A stretch of DNA of 64,000 bases. It comes from a bacterium. Its GTDB lineage: Bacteria; Patescibacteriota; Patescibacteriia; UBA10025. The position numbers and the translations under genes are program-made. A model generated the notes under the pieces. That model saw only the letters and a list, made by a program, of their open reading frames with translations, made no database searches and was not told the DNA's origin. Of the stretch, positions 59,896 to 64,000 are shown in pieces. The DNA is taken from NCBI GenBank assembly GCA_021815445.1, contig JAKAGM010000002.1:95511-159510 (forward strand). The letters run 5' to 3'. The stretch's first letter is position 1, and every line of letters starts with the position of its first letter.

Positions 59896-60165
59896 CTTGT
59901 CCGGAATTTGATTTTTGCTGCGATAGGCATATACTTACTTTAGTTAAGTACTTTGACTATCCGGGAGGGGGTTCACGGCCCTCTTAGTTGGTGAAGCGAG
60001 CGTTTAAAGGCTCTTTGTCCACGGTGACACCTCCAGCATTTTTGTTCGGATGGGGAACTTTAAGCGGCTCAGCGCAGGAATCACGGATGATTCCTGCGCT
60101 TTTTCTTATGGACCTTGACTGATTTTATCTACGTGGTATCATCTATCTATTACTTTTTCTTATAA

Positions 60166-60320
60166 GGAGCGGAGCGAGGGAATTGGCCCAAAGACCTCCC
60201 GGCAGCCTGTCCCACAAGGGATGTACGGTGCCACGTCCAACCTCTTCATCGGCAAGGGGAAGATAAGAAGAATGCAGAGTCTTCTTATCAACGATAAGAA
60301 TTCTTTTATATATTATTAAC
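60166..60320 (+). promoter_or_regulatory. SAM-I (S-box) riboswitch with terminator/antiterminator expression platform controlling metK
   Basis: TTCTTATAAGGAGCGGAGCGAGGGAATTGGCCCAAAGACCTCCCGGCAGCC ... GGTGCC ... GAAGATAAGAAG matches S-box consensus. Antiterminator GATAAGAAGA/TCTTCTTATC competes with P1 and with terminator TCTTATC-aac-GATAAGA then TTCTTTT. Confidence 0.75.
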
Positions 60321-60335
60321 GCATCAAGCACGACA

Positions 60336-61481
60336 ATGAGAAAGCACATATTTACCTCGGAATCAGTCACCGAAGGACATCCCGATAAAGTCTGTGACCA
60401 GATATCGGATGCCATCTATGACGCGATGCTTAAGCAGGATCCTAAGGCCCACGCGGGCATAGAATGTTTTGCCACGACCGGTTTAGTGATGGTAGGCGGA
60501 GAAGCCCGGACAAGGGCGTATGTCGATATCCAGGAGATTGTTCGAAATACATTAAAACGCATCGGCTATGACAAGCCTGAATATGGATTTTGTTATAAAG
60601 ACATCGGAGTTATCAGCACGCTCCACGAGCAATCGCCCGATATCGCCCAGGGCGTCGACGGTACGGGAGAATCCAAAGAGCAGGGTGCCGGCGACCAGGG
60701 TTTGATGTTCGGCTTTGCGTGCGACGAGACGCCTGAGCTCATGCCGCTCCCTATTTCTCTCGCCCACAAGCTTGCGAAGAGATTATCGGAGGTGCGGAAA
60801 GACGGAACGCTCGCATACCTGCGTCCTGACGGAAAGTCCCAAGTCAGCATTGAATATGTGGATGGGAAGCCGACGAGAGTCATGGCCGTCGTCATTGCCG
60901 CGCACCATTCCGAAAATGTCGAAATGAAAAAACTGAGAGCTGACATCACTAAGCATGTGATACAGCCCGTGCTTGGCAAATTGCTTACCGATGAGACGAA
61001 GATGTTCATCAACTCTACCGGCAAGTTCGTTATCGGCGGCCCGCCCGCAGACGCCGGTCTCACCGGGCGAAAAATAATCGTAGATACCTACGGCGGTTCA
61101 GCGCCCCATGGAGGCGGATGTTTCTCGGGGAAATGCGTCACCAAGGTTGATCGAAGCGCGGCATACGCCGCTCGGTACATGGCGAAACATGTGGTTGCCG
61201 CAGGACTCGCGAAGAAATGTCTTATCCAGCTCGCGTATTCTATCGGAGTTGCAAAGCCTGTCTCCATCATGGTGGACACCTATGGTACCGGTGTGAAGTC
61301 TGACGAGGAAATCGAACAGCTCGTCGAGAAGCATTTCCCGGTGAAGCCCGCTGACATCATTCGTGTTCTTGATCTCGAGCATCCCATCTATGAAAAAACA
61401 GCCGCATACGGGCACTTCGGCAGGACCGATGTAGAGTTCCCGTGGGAAAAGTTGGATAAAGTTGATTTGCTGAAGGGCTAA
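60336..61481 (+). CDS. metK: S-adenosylmethionine synthetase
   Basis: [36 protein letters not shown] signatures. Confidence 0.95.
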   Translation: MRKHIFTSESVTEGHPDKVCDQISDAIYDAMLKQDPKAHAGIECFATTGLVMVGGEARTRAYVDIQEIVRNTLKRIGYDKPEYGFCYKDIGVISTLHEQSPDIAQGVDGTGESKEQGAGDQGLMFGFACDETPELMPLPISLAHKLAKRLSEVRKDGTLAYLRPDGKSQVSIEYVDGKPTRVMAVVIAAHHSENVEMKKLRADITKHVIQPVLGKLLTDETKMFINSTGKFVIGGPPADAGLTGRKIIVDTYGGSAPHGGGCFSGKCVTKVDRSAAYAARYMAKHVVAAGLAKKCLIQLAYSIGVAKPVSIMVDTYGTGVKSDEEIEQLVEKHFPVKPADIIRVLDLEHPIYEKTAAYGHFGRTDVEFPWEKLDKVDLLKG

Positions 61482-61666
61482 ACATTTCAAATAGAAAGCC
61501 TGCAAACGCTGTGGTATACTGGTGATACCGCAGGCTTTTTTATTCCCATGTATCATATGAAATATTCACGCCGTTCGCAGAGTCACGCGCGATATGCGAC
61601 GCAAACCTCGTATCACCGGGGCAAGATTCGGTCTATCCGGTCTAAAAAGTCCTCACAGCCAAGCAA

Positions 61667-62071
61667 ATGGGCAAAGTAAAATTTTTCATTATTCCCGCTT
61701 TACTTTTTGTCCTTACTGGGTGCAGTAAAACCGCTTCGAATACCAATAGCTCTCTTGCTAACGATATTACCGGCACCGTCGATGCGGCGACCGGGATCGG
61801 GGCGATAAAGATAAAAGAAAAGACCGACCGCGACCTTGCCATCGCACAGGCAAAAGAGCTATGGCGCGCCAGGTTCTTAAGCGGAACCGACCTGTCGAAC
61901 GGCCCATGTTTATCAAATGAAGCAATCCCCGGTTGGGTTGCGGATATTGCCCATAATCCGCGGACTGCCGTGGATGACGATCCGAGCAACCAATGTTCCG
62001 TATACCGCGGCGGCACGGCGAAGCACTTTGTCGAGCTTGACCCGAGCGGGAATCTTATCAGAGCGGAGTAG
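61667..62071 (+). CDS. lipoprotein (lipobox LTGC)
   Basis: MGKVKFFIIPALLFVLTGCSK signal. Confidence 0.5.
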   Translation: MGKVKFFIIPALLFVLTGCSKTASNTNSSLANDITGTVDAATGIGAIKIKEKTDRDLAIAQAKELWRARFLSGTDLSNGPCLSNEAIPGWVADIAHNPRTAVDDDPSNQCSVYRGGTAKHFVELDPSGNLIRAE

Positions 62072-62084
62072 TAAAAAATAAGAA

Positions 62085-62723
62085 GTGATGAGAATATACC
62101 CAAGCTATTATGATATAGCCATTGTACCGTCGGTGGAAATTCGCGACGTGTCAATTATGCTAAGTAAACGCGCAGCGTCAATTGCGAAAGTAAAATTTGT
62201 TCTGTCAGCACGACAGTGTAAACCGCATATTTCCCTTTTCCATGTTGCAGTCCCACGATCACAAATGCGGATGCTTCGCACGTTGTTGAGCAAAATCGTC
62301 AATTCCCGGAAGTTTGGTTCACTCTCTGTCCGGAGCGTTGAAAATCCTGGTAACGCCTTTTGGCTTACGTTTTCCAAACCAGTTTGGGTACGTAAGCTTC
62401 ATGAAGATATTGTCCAAGGAACCCAACATCTTCGAAGTCGTCGACGAAGTATGTCTGACCTCTGGGGCGAATCAAAAACAGCATTGCAGGGAAAGTATAT
62501 TGCACAATACGGGAGTCCGTATGTAAAAAAGCTTTTTTCGCCTCACATTACCATTACTTCTATAAACCGAACAACTGCGCATATGAAAGCAGACTTACGC
62601 ACTGCCCTTACTCAACGCCTTGCAATAAGTTCTTTCCAGCCATTACAGATAGCAGTGTATCAACTCGGGTCGTTTCACACCTGCCATCGAAAAGTATTCT
62701 CGGTCCAGAAAAGACATCAATAA
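62085..62723 (+). CDS. 2H phosphoesterase family protein (LigT / 2'-5' RNA ligase-like)
   Basis: Two H-x-S/T-x motifs (PHISLFH, PHITITS) spaced about 90 aa apart. Confidence 0.55.
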   Translation: MMRIYPSYYDIAIVPSVEIRDVSIMLSKRAASIAKVKFVLSARQCKPHISLFHVAVPRSQMRMLRTLLSKIVNSRKFGSLSVRSVENPGNAFWLTFSKPVWVRKLHEDIVQGTQHLRSRRRSMSDLWGESKTALQGKYIAQYGSPYVKKLFSPHITITSINRTTAHMKADLRTALTQRLAISSFQPLQIAVYQLGSFHTCHRKVFSVQKRHQ

Positions 62724-62729
62724 TGTTGT

Positions 62730-63359
62730 ATGGTACACTTGAATTTATCTATGAAACATAACAAAGTCATTACCGTTATTCGGTGCGGGTTTGCCGGGTG
62801 GATTATTTTTGAGCTTCTTAACTGGCTCACAATCCTCCACTTCACGCTCGATTTTTCATGGCTCGGGCTTGTCCTGACGGCGACATTTGTTTGGGTTTCC
62901 ATCGAGCTTATCTCCAAAAACCTGCGTAAGAAAACGGGAAGCGGTTTCCCATGGGTTGTGTACTTGGTAAGTTTCGCCGGCACGAGCTGGGACGCTCTCG
63001 GAGACGTAGGGCACCTGTATAGCCGGTTCTCGTGGTATGATCAGGCAGCCCATTTTGCCGGCGGCGCTTCACTCGGGCTCATATTTTTTATGTACCTTTG
63101 GCGCCTGCACTCGTCGCGCATCATTACGCTCACGCCGGGTTTGATGGGATTTTTGGCTTGGTCAGCAGCGAATATCATCGGCGTCTTTTATGAGCTGGAG
63201 GAATATACGGAAAGCGTGCTCGTGCATAACAACCGCCTTGGGGATGCTTTTGACACGCCGAATGATCTGATGTGGAATATTATCGGGAGTCTTATTGTGA
63301 TAGTAATCGCTTCCAGGTATGTTCGACGCCTTCAGGTATTCGCTAAAAAATCTAGTTAA
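62730..63359 (+). CDS. hypothetical integral membrane protein
   Basis: Five to six TM helices. Confidence 0.45.
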   Translation: MVHLNLSMKHNKVITVIRCGFAGWIIFELLNWLTILHFTLDFSWLGLVLTATFVWVSIELISKNLRKKTGSGFPWVVYLVSFAGTSWDALGDVGHLYSRFSWYDQAAHFAGGASLGLIFFMYLWRLHSSRIITLTPGLMGFLAWSAANIIGVFYELEEYTESVLVHNNRLGDAFDTPNDLMWNIIGSLIVIVIASRYVRRLQVFAKKSS

Positions 63360-64000
63360 AAAGATTCTCCCTCCGGGAATCTTGCCCTCGTACCACAGAG
63401 TTCTCGCCGTGCTTGCTGCCGCGTGGTACGGTTTCCCGTCGAAAAAAATGATCATCATCGGCGTGACGGGGACAAAGGGAAAAACGACAGTTGTCCATCT
63501 CATTGCTCACATACTCAGGTGTCATAGGAGCAAAGTCGGTTATACTTCTGGTCTTGAATTCTCCTGGCACGACGGTTCTTTGCCGAATCTGACTAAGATG
63601 ACTATGCCCGGACCTTTTATCCTCCAGCGGATGATGAGCAAGATGGTTCAGTCCGGATGCGCGTACGCCGTCATCGAGACAACTTCAGAGGGCATTGTCC
63701 AATCCCGGCATCTTGGAATTGATTATGATATTGTCGCTCTCACAAACCTGTCACCTGAGCATATTGAGTCCCACGGGTCGTTCGAAGCTTACCGTGCAGC
63801 GAAAGGCAAACTTCTCGCCTCGCTTGCCACGCGAAAAAAGAAATCTTCTTTCCCATTCTCGGTCAAGGTGCTCAACCGCGACGATGATTCATATGAATTT
63901 TTCTCCCAATTTTATTCCGACCGCACTGTTGCCGTAAGTCGAGATAGCACACGCAGGGGAACCGAAGATATGCTTGTAGCCGAGCATGTAGCCGTCACAG
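63319..64000 (+). CDS. Mur ligase (MurE-like), 5' portion; continues beyond window
   Basis: LAVLAAAWYGFPSKKMIIIGVTGTKGKTT (Mur ligase P-loop), VIETTSEG, LTNLSPEHIESHG; no stop before window end. Confidence 0.7.
   Translation, partial: MFDAFRYSLKNLVKKILPPGILPSYHRVLAVLAAAWYGFPSKKMIIIGVTGTKGKTTVVHLIAHILRCHRSKVGYTSGLEFSWHDGSLPNLTKMTMPGPFILQRMMSKMVQSGCAYAVIETTSEGIVQSRHLGIDYDIVALTNLSPEHIESHGSFEAYRAAKGKLLASLATRKKKSSFPFSVKVLNRDDDSYEFFSQFYSDRTVAVSRDSTRRGTEDMLVAEHVAVT

Noticed and set aside
60143-60415. 90-aa minus-strand ORF
   Set aside because: Antisense to the SAM-I riboswitch and the 5' end of metK.

Overview
This 64 kb window appears to come from a low-to-moderate GC bacterial chromosome. It mixes core housekeeping genes with several compact accessory modules. 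All identifications rest on motifs I recognise from memory; I ran no homology search.

Housekeeping content: a 23S-5S rRNA pair on the minus strand with no 16S nearby, tRNA-Arg(CCG) and tRNA-Leu(UAG). Recognisable genes include uvrB, polA, rpoD, ruvA, holA, rpsT, ssb, metK behind a textbook SAM-I riboswitch, prs, and a murE-like ligase running off the 3' edge. Others are an M32 carboxypeptidase, a NUDIX hydrolase, an HhH-GPD glycosylase, a pterin dehydratase, a Zn-ADH, a FemAB-family protein and a TrmB regulator.

Signals I could not assign to known systems:
1. A roughly 6 kb GC-rich island (about 23150-29150). It has seven co-directional minus-strand genes: a DEDD exonuclease, two unknowns, two P-loop NTPase/kinases, an isoprenyl-diphosphate-synthase-like protein and a radical-SAM enzyme. 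The island is punctuated by a hairpin family with a conserved loop and covarying stems, plus two paralogous structured 105-nt elements.
2. A three-copy structured repeat of about 140 nt, scattered through the window, that shows compensatory substitutions.
3. Two small stand-alone GIY-YIG nuclease ORFs, each physically welded to a stable-RNA gene. One sits inside a 300-nt stem-flanked insertion in 23S. The other overlaps the 5' end of tRNA-Arg and is preceded by a partial tRNA duplicate carrying a 33-nt palindromic insert.
4. Two RAYT-type HUH transposase genes flanking a lamin-tail-domain surface protein. They are associated with REP-like palindromic doublets, one doublet lying in-frame inside a RAYT gene.
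5. A compositionally foreign ORF cassette next to the rRNA operon, bracketed by hairpin-containing direct repeats.

No CRISPR array was seen.
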